Assembly (NCBI GenBank): GCA_034189385.1
Contig: JAXHVD010000029.1
Coordinates: 1-50,782, forward strand
DNA: 50,782 nucleotides
Source: Thermodesulfobacteriota bacterium
GTDB lineage: Bacteria; Desulfobacterota; Desulfobacteria; Desulfobacterales; C00003060
Reading direction: 5' to 3'
Shown: positions 1-9,466 of the stretch, one piece after another
Layout: every line of letters begins with the position of its first letter
Numbering within the stretch: position 1 is the first letter of the stretch
Program-made: the position numbers and the translations under genes
The notes under the pieces: model-generated
The model's input: only the letters and a program-made list of their open reading frames with translations
What the model was told of the DNA's origin: nothing
The model's database searches: none

Positions 1-1251
1 ATCGGAATACCCGTCTCCATTCACATCACCTGCCGTGCTCACAGATTGCCCTAAACGGGCATCCCGCTCATTTGACTCTGCGGTCCAGTCGGCAGACGTG
101 CTCAGGCCAGAGGGTGAGCCATGATAGACAAACGCCCCACCCTCATTACTCTCGCCGTTATCGTAAAGGTTAGCCCCGACAATGACATCGGAATACCCGT
201 CTCCATTCACATCACCTGCCGTGCTCACGGAATGGCCGAAGTATGCACCAGCCTGATCAGATTCAGCGGTCCAGTCGGCAGACATGCTCAGGCCAGAGGG
301 TGAGCCATGATAGACAAACGCCCGGCCTTCGTTATTCTCACCATTATCATACCAGCCCGCCCCAACAATAACATCAGAATACCCGTCTCCATTCACATCA
401 CCTGCCGTGCTCACAGATTGGCCGAAGTATGCACCAGCCTGATCAGGCCCCGCAGTCCAAGCATAGGATGTCGCAAGGGGATCCACTGTTATTGGAAAAG
501 CAGCACCCTTCGCATCAATTAGGATGTCAACCATGTTGCCTTCAAGATTGAAACGAGCAGTCAGTGTGCGGTTCTTACTATCAAAGACCTTCAAGTCACC
601 AAATTGCATGACATTGATTCCATCGGCTGTTTGAAAGCTCAACTCCTTGTCTGATTTCATGCACGCCTTAAGATTCCCGGCCAGAGCCATTCTCAGAAGG
701 ATCTCCTCTTCATGATTTGTGACCCAATATTCAGGTGGGACGTGTAAAGTAAACCCCTGCTCCAAGCCTCGTTCGTCGTTCATGTACCATTCCGTAATGG
801 ATCCCCTCGAATATTCAATGCGGTTTTTATGGACACGCAGCTTTGGTGCAATCACAGATTGAAGATGGTCATACAATCCATAACCGATGAGATCAAGGCC
901 CCAGATCCAGTCGTATTTAGCTGAGGTGCGGGGGACCATCCGAACCCCCCCCGAATCAAAATAGGTGCGAAAGTTGTGAGCCCTGTTTGGGGCCTGGTAG
1001 ACGGTCTCTTGGCCTCTAGAATGCACGTCTTCGTCCCCGGTGATTTCGTACTCTGATTGGAGGATTCCTTGTTGAACGGTTGTCAACCAAGAATCAGATG
1101 CTGCGACAGGCAACTTCTCTGAACCTTCTTTGGCCTCGACTCTTCGTTCGTTGCCATTGAGCTCGGGCAATGTAACCGTTGCATTGCACTGTACTGCAAA
1201 GAAGATCAACAATCCCAATCCCACCAAACTTAGCGACAATCTGCATCTCAT
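1..1251 (-). CDS. Secreted FG-GAP (integrin-alpha-like beta-propeller) repeat protein, runs off the window start
   Basis: Not in the ORF track because it is truncated. Manual minus-strand translation from ATG 1251 (RBS GGAGAGGAGG): signal peptide MRCRLSLSLVGLGLLIFFAVQCNA, then repeats FGxSVSTAGDVNGDGYSDVIVGA...EGxAFVYHGSPSGL with a 186-bp period. Confidence 0.92.
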   Translation of the reverse strand, partial: MRCRLSLSLVGLGLLIFFAVQCNATVTLPELNGNERRVEAKEGSEKLPVAASDSWLTTVQQGILQSEYEITGDEDVHSRGQETVYQAPNRAHNFRTYFDSGGVRMVPRTSAKYDWIWGLDLIGYGLYDHLQSVIAPKLRVHKNRIEYSRGSITEWYMNDERGLEQGFTLHVPPEYWVTNHEEEILLRMALAGNLKACMKSDKELSFQTADGINVMQFGDLKVFDSKNRTLTARFNLEGNMVDILIDAKGAAFPITVDPLATSYAWTAGPDQAGAYFGQSVSTAGDVNGDGYSDVIVGAGWYDNGENNEGRAFVYHGSPSGLSMSADWTAESDQAGAYFGHSVSTAGDVNGDGYSDVIVGANLYDNGESNEGGAFVYHGSPSGLSTSADWTAESNERDARLGQSVSTAGDVNGDGYSD

Positions 1252-1344
1252 TGTCTTCCTCCTCTCCTCGGCAAAATGAACTGACAAGTACACGGACTCC
1301 TGAGTCACGAAATCAAACTGCACGACACAGCAGAGCAAGTCCTG

Positions 1345-1383
1345 TCAGGAGCCAGGTAAACAGAATTCAAGGTGTGTCTCCAT
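1345..1383 (-). CDS. Conserved 12-aa leader peptide (uORF) copy A, METHLEFCLPGS
   Basis: 39-nt ATG..TGA ORF homologous to copies at 5475, 34577 and 37937; RBS is weak in this copy. Confidence 0.65.
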   Translation of the reverse strand: METHLEFCLPGS

Positions 1384-1590
1384 GTGCAGACATGAAACCT
1401 TCATAGGCCGACTGATAATGATTTTGAACCCTAGTTCCTCCTCAATCCTTGATCGGCCCAGCTCCAATTTCGCTGGCTTTCTTTGTGTCTCAACTTGGTC
1501 GTTTGCCTTTCCATTGACAAAATGCCTTGACTAAAAACACTGTCTGCCAATAATCCATTCACGAAGTTTAGGGAGCTTGGGCAAACACAC

Positions 1591-1762
1591 AAAAAAAGCC
1601 GAACTGCGCCTTTCATGACCTTCACGATGTCATGCTCGGCAGTCCGGCTGTCTTTGTTTTAGATCAACAGAGAGGTTGGCTTAGTGCCAACAAACAAAAT
1701 CCCAAAGACCCGTGGCTTTCCGCCACCGCCTCACGACGGCTTCGGTTTTGGCTGTTTGAGAC
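1591..1762 (-). ncRNA. GEMM-I cyclic dinucleotide riboswitch (A20 variant, putative 3',3'-cGAMP) with terminator
   Basis: AAAACCGAAGCCGUC-GUGA-GGCGGU GGCGGAAAGCCACGGGUCU...AGACAGCCGGACUGCCGAG, followed by GCAGUUCGGC and U7. Confidence 0.9.
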
Positions 1763-1819
1763 TCAGCTAAGCAACTTCTATTTTATTTTGTTGGACTTAC
1801 GTCCTCCAGAATGTTTATT

Positions 1820-1910
1820 CGCGTACCACACAATGATGAGGAAGTCAATCCCCTCAACCTGCCATTTTTTACGCAAAAACTACCTACGTTCTAATGCAAA
1901 AACTACCTAG
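1820..1910 (-). promoter_or_regulatory. sigma70-like promoter (TTGACT-17-TACGCG, extended TG) with two upstream GGTAGTTTTTGC boxes
   Basis: -35 at 1843-1848; boxes at 1873-1884 and 1896-1907; same geometry at 5615 and 9382. Confidence 0.6.
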
Positions 1911-2206
1911 TCAGAGGATGGCACCGGTGGAAAGAAATCGGTTTGGTGGGTTACCAACTGTTAGGTGAGGACACTCAAGCAAGAGTCGACGGCAAGATGA
2001 CATTGTTGGAAACGATCGTTAGAAGGTTGCGTGGAGATTGGTTCTGAATACCCGCAAAATATAGGGCTTCCAAAAGGTTACCTTCCATAGCAATACTAAA
2101 CATTCACCGAAACCATCCGGTAGCTGAGATCTGCCTGGCAGAGTTAACATCTGAGGAAGCCTCAGGTGGAAGAGTGCCACTACAATATATGGCGCCTTTT
2201 GAGCGC

Positions 2207-2237
2207 AAAAGGCAGGGCAAAATGACCCTGCCTCTTT
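2207..2237 (-). terminator. Intrinsic terminator, GGCAGGGTCA family
   Basis: AGGCAGGGTCA-TTT-TGCCCTGCCTTTT on the minus strand, downstream of the 2395-5352 gene. Confidence 0.75.
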
Positions 2238-2394
2238 ACGGAAACCGACATCTTCTGTGGACTGCTAACGGTGCGATGTTTTCTCCACTCAACTACGGAT
2301 TTGTGCCGGTAACAATGCCGAGCACCTGGCATTTCCCAGACCAAGATTCTGACTTCCCCAAAAACATCCTGCAAAAAAACAGAAAGCTTGATAG

Positions 2395-5352
2395 TTAGTT
2401 AATAGGATTTGCGGGATTATTGATCCCTTGCTGGCCTACGGCCACTGTGACAGTGTCTTGGGCTGTGTTGCCGTCACTGTCAAACACAACCAAGGTGACC
2501 TCATGGACCCCATCAGGGAGTCGGGCCTTTATCTTGCTACCCCTGTCCATTCCCATCATCTGTTGTCCATAGAACCACATGAACGAAGAGTCCGGCAGTA
2601 TCCTGTCCTCCAGATCCGTTCCCTTAGCTTCAAAGGACACTGTTCCCGCTGAAGGAAATAGGGTCTGTGCCTTCGGTTGGATGATATGAGCCCTTGGGGG
2701 TTTGCCTTCAAGAAAAAAGGTGTCCTCAGAAACAGCCTTAGTTGTGTTGAACCCATCTGTTGCAACCACCATGATCTTTGCCGACTCACTCCCTGCCAGG
2801 AGGGAAGTGTCCACCTCGTATTCATTCCCCTGTACATTCCACGCAACGGGATACCATGAGTTACGTTTTTTCGGAGAGTACAATATGGCAAAGTGCAGGG
2901 AGTCTCCATCCCTGTCCTTGGCGTCCCATTTGATGAATTTGTGCCCACCCCACTGGTCCCCCGGTTGGGGCGACGTAATTCTGACTCTTGGACGACTCTT
3001 GGACACCTGGATCGTGTCCAGGACCTCTTTCCCTTTCCTGAGGAGGATCTTAGATGTTCCCCTCTTTACCGGCACCTGGAAGTGGAAATCGGATCTACCG
3101 TATTCATTCCCCTCGCCATCCTTGAAGCTCGGCGTAAAGGGAATAACCAGCAGCTTTTTGTCCCGTCTGTTCCGGAATTCTATGGTGTAGTCCCCCTGTG
3201 ATGCCGAAGGCTCCCATGGTCTGCCAGGCATGATAAATACGGGCTTCAAGCTCCCTATGCCATTTTGATTGACATGGCCTGAAACATAACAGACCGGTCG
3301 GCGGCCCATTGGCGGTGGCGGCCTCCTCGCCGGCCGTGCGGGAGGCACAAAATAATCGAACATCCGCTCCCACCTGTAAGCAGATGTCCATTGTGCTGGG
3401 TGAGCGGCACGTGAACCACCAGACGCCCTGACGACCCACGCATGGATATAGGACATGAAGTCTGGGAAATAAGGCGGAATGACGGTGAACTTCCTTTCCC
3501 AGTAAGAATTATCAAGGGTTTCATATCCGTTAATCCAAGGCAAACGGGTGTCGAATCCAAATTCCCGAATATCCGACTGTTGGTAGCCATCTCCACACGG
3601 TTCGCTCGTATCACCGGGACATCCGTACAGCTCCACCCACTCAGAATCTATACCGTCTGCACTGCCTCCGGGAACATGGTCGCCCCAACCAGGACTGGGG
3701 CCGATGTTATGATCGAACTCGTGGGCCACCACGGAGTAGCTATAACCGCTTCTAAAATGTATTGTCGAATTCCCAGCTGCCACGTGTCCACAGCCGGGAT
3801 CAGTGCAAGGTACAGTTTCATCTGGGCCTGCGTACCCCACAGCCTGCGCAAAGCCTGCAGTGCTCGTGTATCCGAAAATCTGGTCTGGAAAGAGTGGCTC
3901 ATCCCTATACCAAGCCCAAAGAAAATTGTAGTAATTTATCAGTTCATCCAGGATATAGTGGCGCAGCATGGCACCATCTATTTCAGTTGGATGGATGTCG
4001 AAGGGGGGTAAGTAGGCCCTTACGAAGTTCACGTCTGCCACGGGGTATACTGTTTTCAGATAGCTCTCGCATGCGGCCATCTCTTCCTCATCCGGCAGTA
4101 CCGGGTGTCCGTCCGTGCCCTCATTGATGGGAATGATCCAGTAGGTGGGGATCTCCCTGGGCGTGAAGACAACAGTCACATCTGTAGAGTAAACCTCAGT
4201 GTCCAAAGAACGGTGGGTCAATCGAGCCCGAGCCTCAAATGTTACCTCTCCTTCTGTCCACGAGCTGGGGAGCAAAAAGTTCGCTGTATGGTTCAGGTTG
4301 TCTCTGCCTTCCTCGACCGGAGCTATGACAGGCTCAGGCAGTTCAACGTGTGGAGGGGCTGTTGCACGGATGCACAGCGGTGAACCTGGCAAGTCATGGC
4401 CGTCCCTGAAGCCGTATAGGTGTGCGTAGACAGGGGTGAAGGGTTCCCCATCGTTGACCTCCACATAGACCCTTGCAGCCGCATCTTTTCCTTCCACTAA
4501 AGGCAAAGTGTTGCCCCTGGTCTGTACTGCCTGGGTTATCTCTATAGGATCATTGATGATGCCGTCACCATTGGTGTCCGCCGTCTCGTAATCGAAACCT
4601 ATGGTGCCCACCTCAAGGGGGGGGAACATGGAAGACTTTCCCAATATGATTTCAATCATGTCGCTGAAATCGGACCAGACCCCCTCAGGGATCTCACGGC
4701 TCATAGCAGGATCTAGGGAGGATATGAAGACGCCCATCCTCACCGGATCAAGTACAGGCGCCGGGTGAAGATAGGCGTGCGTCCCAATCTCACGAAGATC
4801 TATGGCGAACTCCCAAACCCTGTGATTGGCACAGGTGGGGGCTAATGGAGGCACATATAGAATCTCGGTTCCGTCCCCCTCAAAGCATCCGAAACCTGCT
4901 GCCACGCTCGAGCGGGTGAGGTTTGGGAGAATGATGCTTCGGTCGCCAGAAATGGAAGTAAAATACTGCATTCGAAGGTCATAGGCTCCAGGCCACAAGG
5001 TGTAGATCCGATCAGTTAATGGGGTGATGGCCTCATCTGTGTTTACATCAAAGACAAGCTCGGCATAGTCTCCATCCGAGGATTCAGACCGAGGGTCTTC
5101 CGTTCCGTCGTCAAGGATATCTATGAGGATATAGAGTCTCATGGCATCGTTTTGGACAGCGATGAATCCTTCCTCGAAGTCTAGCCGACTCTCACTTGAA
5201 ACGAACCATTCTCGGAATCCGATCTCGCCATCGATGTCAGGAGGTCTAACAGCATAGGTTGAAGTTAAGGTTTCGCCAAGGGCCACCAAAGGCGTCCAAA
5301 GGACCAAAAGGCAGGCCAAGCCAAGAAGCTTTAACATCGAAAACGTCTTCAT
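2395..5352 (-). CDS. Large secreted protein: CBM9/DOMON-like N-terminus, putative zinc metallopeptidase (HExxH), C-terminal Ig/PKD-like domains
   Basis: Signal peptide MKTFSMLKLLGLACLLVLWTPLVALG; PxIDGxIxxxEW motif; VAHEFDHNIG followed by DH and DFMSY (Met-turn-like); C-terminal GxDxED...GVHEVTLVVxDSDG PKD-like motif. Confidence 0.75.
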   Translation of the reverse strand: MKTFSMLKLLGLACLLVLWTPLVALGETLTSTYAVRPPDIDGEIGFREWFVSSESRLDFEEGFIAVQNDAMRLYILIDILDDGTEDPRSESSDGDYAELVFDVNTDEAITPLTDRIYTLWPGAYDLRMQYFTSISGDRSIILPNLTRSSVAAGFGCFEGDGTEILYVPPLAPTCANHRVWEFAIDLREIGTHAYLHPAPVLDPVRMGVFISSLDPAMSREIPEGVWSDFSDMIEIILGKSSMFPPLEVGTIGFDYETADTNGDGIINDPIEITQAVQTRGNTLPLVEGKDAAARVYVEVNDGEPFTPVYAHLYGFRDGHDLPGSPLCIRATAPPHVELPEPVIAPVEEGRDNLNHTANFLLPSSWTEGEVTFEARARLTHRSLDTEVYSTDVTVVFTPREIPTYWIIPINEGTDGHPVLPDEEEMAACESYLKTVYPVADVNFVRAYLPPFDIHPTEIDGAMLRHYILDELINYYNFLWAWYRDEPLFPDQIFGYTSTAGFAQAVGYAGPDETVPCTDPGCGHVAAGNSTIHFRSGYSYSVVAHEFDHNIGPSPGWGDHVPGGSADGIDSEWVELYGCPGDTSEPCGDGYQQSDIREFGFDTRLPWINGYETLDNSYWERKFTVIPPYFPDFMSYIHAWVVRASGGSRAAHPAQWTSAYRWERMFDYFVPPARPARRPPPPMGRRPVCYVSGHVNQNGIGSLKPVFIMPGRPWEPSASQGDYTIEFRNRRDKKLLVIPFTPSFKDGEGNEYGRSDFHFQVPVKRGTSKILLRKGKEVLDTIQVSKSRPRVRITSPQPGDQWGGHKFIKWDAKDRDGDSLHFAILYSPKKRNSWYPVAWNVQGNEYEVDTSLLAGSESAKIMVVATDGFNTTKAVSEDTFFLEGKPPRAHIIQPKAQTLFPSAGTVSFEAKGTDLEDRILPDSSFMWFYGQQMMGMDRGSKIKARLPDGVHEVTLVVFDSDGNTAQDTVTVAVGQQGINNPANPIN

Positions 5353-5474
5353 AGAGCACCCCCTTTGCTCAGTCAAATGAGAGTTCAAGAAATAAGCGTC
5401 TGTTCCTCATACCTCCCACGCTTTTGCATTGTGAAAACGACAATTTATCTTCTAGCAAAACCACTCCTGCGGTG

Positions 5475-5513
5475 TCAGGAGCCAAGCAGGCACAATTTGA
5501 GCGGTTGCTCCAT
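5475..5513 (-). CDS. Conserved 12-aa leader peptide copy B, MEQPLKLCLLGS
   Basis: 39-nt ATG..TGA ORF with RBS-like AAGGGTGA 5 nt upstream. Confidence 0.7.
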   Translation of the reverse strand: MEQPLKLCLLGS

Positions 5514-5591
5514 GTGGATCACCCTTAAATAGGGTCAAAGGATAGATAGAAAAGAATGTCCTGCGTGAAGTGTTAGAACTCTCCAGATTGA

Positions 5592-5680
5592 TCTTTAGTA
5601 CGTTTGGGCTGCAGAGTCAATTCCTATAATTAGCTATTTTTAGTTAAAAAACTGACTAGTTATCATACGGAAACTACGCA
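5592..5680 (-). promoter_or_regulatory. TTGACT promoter with upstream GTAGTTT-type boxes
   Basis: -35 at 5615-5620; boxes at ~5650 (degenerate) and 5672. Confidence 0.5.
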
Positions 5681-5839
5681 GTCCTATGGGTTGCAGGTAG
5701 GTAGGAGCGCTTCCGACGGCCACTAGGTGTCAGGTGAGGCACGACATATTGTGGGATTGGCTAGCGAGGCGTCTAGTTCAAGTATGCTTGCCACGAGATG
5801 GGCTTAGAAACCAGACATTTCCATCCTAGATTTGTCGAG

Positions 5840-5950
5840 AATACCAGAAAAATATCAGCCTTTCAAAAGGTTACCTCACATAGCATTATAGCCAATCGGC
5901 GTGATCAAACAAGGGCTGGAGATAGACGACGTAGACTTAACATCTCAGGC
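5840..5950 (-). repeat. Inter-cassette spacer block (TTGTTTGATCxxGCCGATTGGC...AACCTTTTGAAAGGC)
   Basis: Homologous to 36948-37108 and 41435-41542, and more weakly to 2047-2156. Confidence 0.85.
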
Positions 5951-6001
5951 GAGCTTGGGCTGAAGGATACTACTACAAGATGTTGGGGTTTTGGGGACTA
6001 G

Positions 6002-6032
6002 AAAGGCAGGGCCAAATCCATGACCCTGCCTC
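6002..6032 (-). terminator. Intrinsic terminator, GGCAGGGTCA family
   Basis: GAGGCAGGGTCA-TGGATT-TGGCCCTGCCTTTC on the minus strand. Confidence 0.75.
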
Positions 6033-6083
6033 CAGTATCTCGTATTAGAATACTACATTAGGTTTATCCCAATCAGCTCACAA

Positions 6084-6711
6084 GTGAGTCTCCGCCTGCA
6101 GAGCAGGCGGCCTCAGGAAGCCCCCCTGAGGGGGGCGTTTACTTAGGGAAAGCCCCGTTGGGGCTCATATCATAGGTTAATCCAAATTCAGATCGGGTTG
6201 ATTACTATCGATGCTCTCCTGTTCACGGATATACCGGCGTACAGTTTCTTCATCCAGGCCAACTGTACTCACACAATACCCTCTGGACCAGAAGTGCAAT
6301 CCTGTGACCCTCTTATGGCCCAGTATGTGCCGATGGATACGTACCGCGCTTTTGCCTTTTAGAAACCCTATCACAAAGGCCACGCTGTACTTCGGAGCAA
6401 TCCTCAAGCACATATGTACATGGTCGGACATTAGATGCCCTTCCATGACTTCCACACCTCTTTGCCGACATAGATCCCGGAGAATCTCTCCTATTCGCTT
6501 TCTGTTCTTACCGTACAGCACCTTTTTACGGTATTTTGGAACAATCACGACATGGTATTTGCAATCCCAACGCACATGCGTTAAACTTTGCCAATCTTGC
6601 ATAGGTTCTTCCTCCTCCCCAATTGGGGCTTTCCCGGAGGAAGAGCCTATTTTATTTCACCCCGGATCGGTAGAACCTCTCCGGGTCCTCCACTAGAAGT
6701 GGAGGGTTTAG
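6084..6711 (-). mobile_element. IS200-family insertion sequence (ends approximate)
   Basis: tnpA flanked by subterminal hairpins CCTCCACT/AGTGGAGG, GCCCCCC/GGGGGGC and CCGCCTGC/GCAGGCGG; no TIRs. Confidence 0.85.
6177..6602 (-). CDS. tnpA: IS200/IS605 family Y1 HUH transposase
   Basis: YHVVIVPKYR, DHVH (HUH), KGKSA, FWSRGY, YIREQE motifs. Confidence 0.97.
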   Translation of the reverse strand: MQDWQSLTHVRWDCKYHVVIVPKYRKKVLYGKNRKRIGEILRDLCRQRGVEVMEGHLMSDHVHMCLRIAPKYSVAFVIGFLKGKSAVRIHRHILGHKRVTGLHFWSRGYCVSTVGLDEETVRRYIREQESIDSNQPDLNLD

Positions 6712-6718
6712 GATAGAA

Positions 6719-8971
6719 CTAATTCCCACCAACCCACTTGTCCTCGTAGGTGGCCCAATCCCCGGCGTCCACATCCTCCGGTTCCTCTTTGCCAAACATG
6801 AAGATTGCGACACCGTCAATTACATCCCTATCGGTGTCATCTCTTACGAGGGCATTTCTAATTCCTGCAAGGGCGTTGTCCATCGTCTCAATGTTGTTTG
6901 TTTTGTGCGCAGGTATGCCTACAGACACGTAATTGATCTTACTTTCGTCAACTACCCTGGAAATCACGTTGACTTGGTCTTCCATCCAGTCGACGTAAGC
7001 CTCCCCCGTATCCTGTTGCGAGTCATAGGCCATGACCTGGATTCTGTCTGCTGATCTGCTGACCAGCGAGTAGTACAATAAACCCCAATGCCACCTGTCT
7101 CTCCAACCTGCAAACGGCTTAATGGACTGCCCAGCAACACATAAAACCTTCTCACCAATAGACTGCTTAGCGGTGTATAATAGCCGTAGAAATGACAGAT
7201 TAAAATTAGATATTGGCTCAATGTCTAATTGTACGCCGTCAAAATACTCTTCTTGCTCTCCCCAATTAGTGGTGACAAGGTCCTCACAGACCTGAGCAAT
7301 ATTCCTGACATTTTCTCGGCTGCGCCTATCAAACAACCCTGTGAGCCTGATTGGCGGACAACCTGGGACTTCGTCATCGGTTCTGCCATTCAACATGGCA
7401 ATGATCTCGAACTGCTTCTCAGGATCTGACCTCATAGTTGCCAAGAATCTACCGTAACCATCTGCCAGAGATGTGAGTTCCTCCAAGGTGCCATCCGCTT
7501 CTAAGCATCCAACATGAACATATACAGTCCCTATGTCATGCTCGAACAGAGTGTCCCTTAGCTCCTCAATATCCTTTACCTCCACGGAGTCAAGAAGCAC
7601 ATACTTGTGCGCAACCCAGATACTATTCAGATGCTTGTTGAAGGAAATTTTGATAGTGACGAAGGAATCGGTATCTGAAGCATCATTGGCTAATTCAGAA
7701 TCCGATTCGCCGTCGTTGACCACCAAAATGATACTGTGCGTTCCTAAGCCTAATGATACGCTAACTACCTCCCCGCTAGCGATCTCCTCTTCTGGTTCTG
7801 GAAGTCCGTTGTCATTGACATCCTTATACCAAGCCCAGCTCTCAATGGCGTCGCCTGCATCTGGATCAAGTGACCCAGAGGCGTCAAGAGTGACCTCTGT
7901 TCCACTAGGATCAACACAGTAGACAGCCTGGTCAGGCCCAGCATCTGCCACAGGGGGGGCATTGGGTTCAATTATTGTCCCCTTTTCCACGATGCTGAGT
8001 GCGTTAGCGTGTGGGTACTGTCCACCGATTAGGTAGATCTCGCCGTTTAGTACGGCTGCAGCCAACCCCCATCTGGGCGCACTCAGTTCGCTTCCTACCA
8101 AAATTTCCCATGCTGGATCTTCTTCTGAAAGGTCGAGCATTTCCACGGAGTCAAGGCCACCGATCGTGTAGTCATATCCGCCGAATACAAAGATCCTGTC
8201 TTCAACAGTTACCGAGGTGTGTTGAAGTCTTGCAGCATTTAGGCTAGGGCCCTCTCTCCAAGTATTCGAATCGGGATTGTAAATGTACGTCTTATTAACT
8301 GCATAATCGTCAATACACCTGCCGCCAGTCACATAAATCTCTCCGTTAGCAACCGTGGCAGAAGAGTAGCCAAGTCGCATCGGTAGGGCCGGCAAATCTG
8401 GCTGCCCTACCCAATTGGAGCCATCCCACATCATGAACAAATCAAGCATCCCGCCATACGATCTTCCTCCATTGCCACCGGCCACATAGACTTTACCATC
8501 TAGTGTTACTGCGCCGTCCTTACTCTCGCTACGGACACCCATATACGGAATCCCCTTATCAGTGCTCCAATACCATGTGTTTTCTGTCGGGTTGTAGATC
8601 TCAATTGAATCATGAGGTACTGATCCTCCACAACACGTTCCGTTGATGGCCCAGATTTCGCCGTTAAGGGTTGTAGCAGCTGGGTACGACCTCCCTACGT
8701 GCATGGTGGCAAGATTAGTCCATTGGCCGTTTGGTGGGTTAACTGATGGGTCATATACCTGCAATGTGTTTAGGTAGCCACCATACGGTCTGTGGCCTCC
8801 GACAGCATAGATCTTACCATCCAGAACTGCTGCATCTAACAGCATGTTCACACCATTTAAATCACTAACTCTCGTCCACTCAATGCTTATTTCCGCACCC
8901 AAATTCTGTGTAAATGACAGTGCGAACACAAGAGCAATACCGACCATAAGCCCTAAACGTATTGACCTCAT
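6719..8971 (-). CDS. Secreted Kelch-repeat + PKD + GH18-like TIM-barrel protein
   Basis: Signal peptide; about six Kelch repeats (GKIYAVGG, GKVYVAGG, GEIYVTGG, DRIFVFGG, GEIYLIGG); PNAPPVADAGPDQ PKD start; FDGVQLDIEP and VMAYD resemble GH18 motifs. Confidence 0.85.
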   Translation of the reverse strand: MRSIRLGLMVGIALVFALSFTQNLGAEISIEWTRVSDLNGVNMLLDAAVLDGKIYAVGGHRPYGGYLNTLQVYDPSVNPPNGQWTNLATMHVGRSYPAATTLNGEIWAINGTCCGGSVPHDSIEIYNPTENTWYWSTDKGIPYMGVRSESKDGAVTLDGKVYVAGGNGGRSYGGMLDLFMMWDGSNWVGQPDLPALPMRLGYSSATVANGEIYVTGGRCIDDYAVNKTYIYNPDSNTWREGPSLNAARLQHTSVTVEDRIFVFGGYDYTIGGLDSVEMLDLSEEDPAWEILVGSELSAPRWGLAAAVLNGEIYLIGGQYPHANALSIVEKGTIIEPNAPPVADAGPDQAVYCVDPSGTEVTLDASGSLDPDAGDAIESWAWYKDVNDNGLPEPEEEIASGEVVSVSLGLGTHSIILVVNDGESDSELANDASDTDSFVTIKISFNKHLNSIWVAHKYVLLDSVEVKDIEELRDTLFEHDIGTVYVHVGCLEADGTLEELTSLADGYGRFLATMRSDPEKQFEIIAMLNGRTDDEVPGCPPIRLTGLFDRRSRENVRNIAQVCEDLVTTNWGEQEEYFDGVQLDIEPISNFNLSFLRLLYTAKQSIGEKVLCVAGQSIKPFAGWRDRWHWGLLYYSLVSRSADRIQVMAYDSQQDTGEAYVDWMEDQVNVISRVVDESKINYVSVGIPAHKTNNIETMDNALAGIRNALVRDDTDRDVIDGVAIFMFGKEEPEDVDAGDWATYEDKWVGGN

Positions 8972-9129
8972 CTCTCCTCCTTCTGATCAAAAAGTAATAG
9001 TAGTAATTCTTCCACAAGAACAGCCGATGTCCTTGCAAGCGCTAAACGGGCCAGACCGAAATGATGATGACAAACAATGCATATTGTCTCATCTATCCAC
9101 TTCCCAATGCTGCCAGCCCTACGGGCAAC

Positions 9130-9299
9130 AAAAAAAGCCGAACTGCGCCTGTCATGACTTTGACGATGTCATGCTCGGCAGTCCGGCTGTCTTTGTTTTA
9201 GATTCAAAGAGAGGTTGGCCTGATGCCAACGACAAAATCTCAAAGACCCGTGGCTTTCCGTCCCCACCTCACAACGGGTTTGGCCTTGGCTGTTTGAGA
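9130..9299 (-). ncRNA. c-di-GMP-I (GEMM-I, G20) riboswitch with terminator
   Basis: AAGGCCAAACCCGUU-GUGA-GGUGGG GACGGAAAGCCACGGGUCU...AGACAGCCGGACUGCCGAG plus terminator with U7. Confidence 0.93.
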
Positions 9300-9300
9300 C

Positions 9301-9324
9301 TCAGCCAAGGAATTTGAGCTCCAT
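9301..9324 (-). CDS. Possible 7-aa uORF MELKFLG directly 5' of the riboswitch
   Basis: RBS AGGAG 6 nt upstream; similar to uORF MKLKFLVSA at 44100. Confidence 0.35.
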   Translation of the reverse strand: MELKFLG

Positions 9325-9358
9325 CTTGTTCTCCTAACGTCCTCCAGAATTTCTATGC

Positions 9359-9466
9359 CCGTTACCACACTAGCGCCCAAAAGTCAATAGCCTAAAGTGA
9401 CCATTTTTGAATGCAAAAACTACCTGGTTTTTTATCGTAGAACTACGATACTTGGCGGAAACTACG
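9359..9466 (-). promoter_or_regulatory. TTGACT-17-TAACGG promoter with three upstream GTAGTT boxes
   Basis: -35 at 9382-9387; boxes at 9418, 9441 and 9460. Confidence 0.6.

Noticed and set aside
121..522. Plus-strand ORFs with repeated MIDKRP...
   Set aside because: Antisense shadows of the FG-GAP repeats on the minus strand
1345..1347. uORF TGA read as selenocysteine
   Set aside because: The homologous copy at 34613 has TAA, which supports a true stop
1632..1910. ORFs overlapping riboswitches (also 8844-9317) sharing MLGSPAVFVLD
   Set aside because: The similarity comes from the duplicated riboswitch on the opposite strand
2207..2237. GGCAGGGTCA hairpins as integron attC sites
   Set aside because: They lack RYYYAAC/GTTRRRY ends and extrahelical bases; trailing T-tracts fit terminators
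9025..9073. Possible fifth 12-codon uORF in the Kelch leader (TTG TCA TCA TCA TTT CGG TCT GGC CCG TTT AGC GCT TGC AAG GAC)
   Set aside because: Only weak 3' similarity; lacks E2, C8 and the stop codon, so at best a decayed copy
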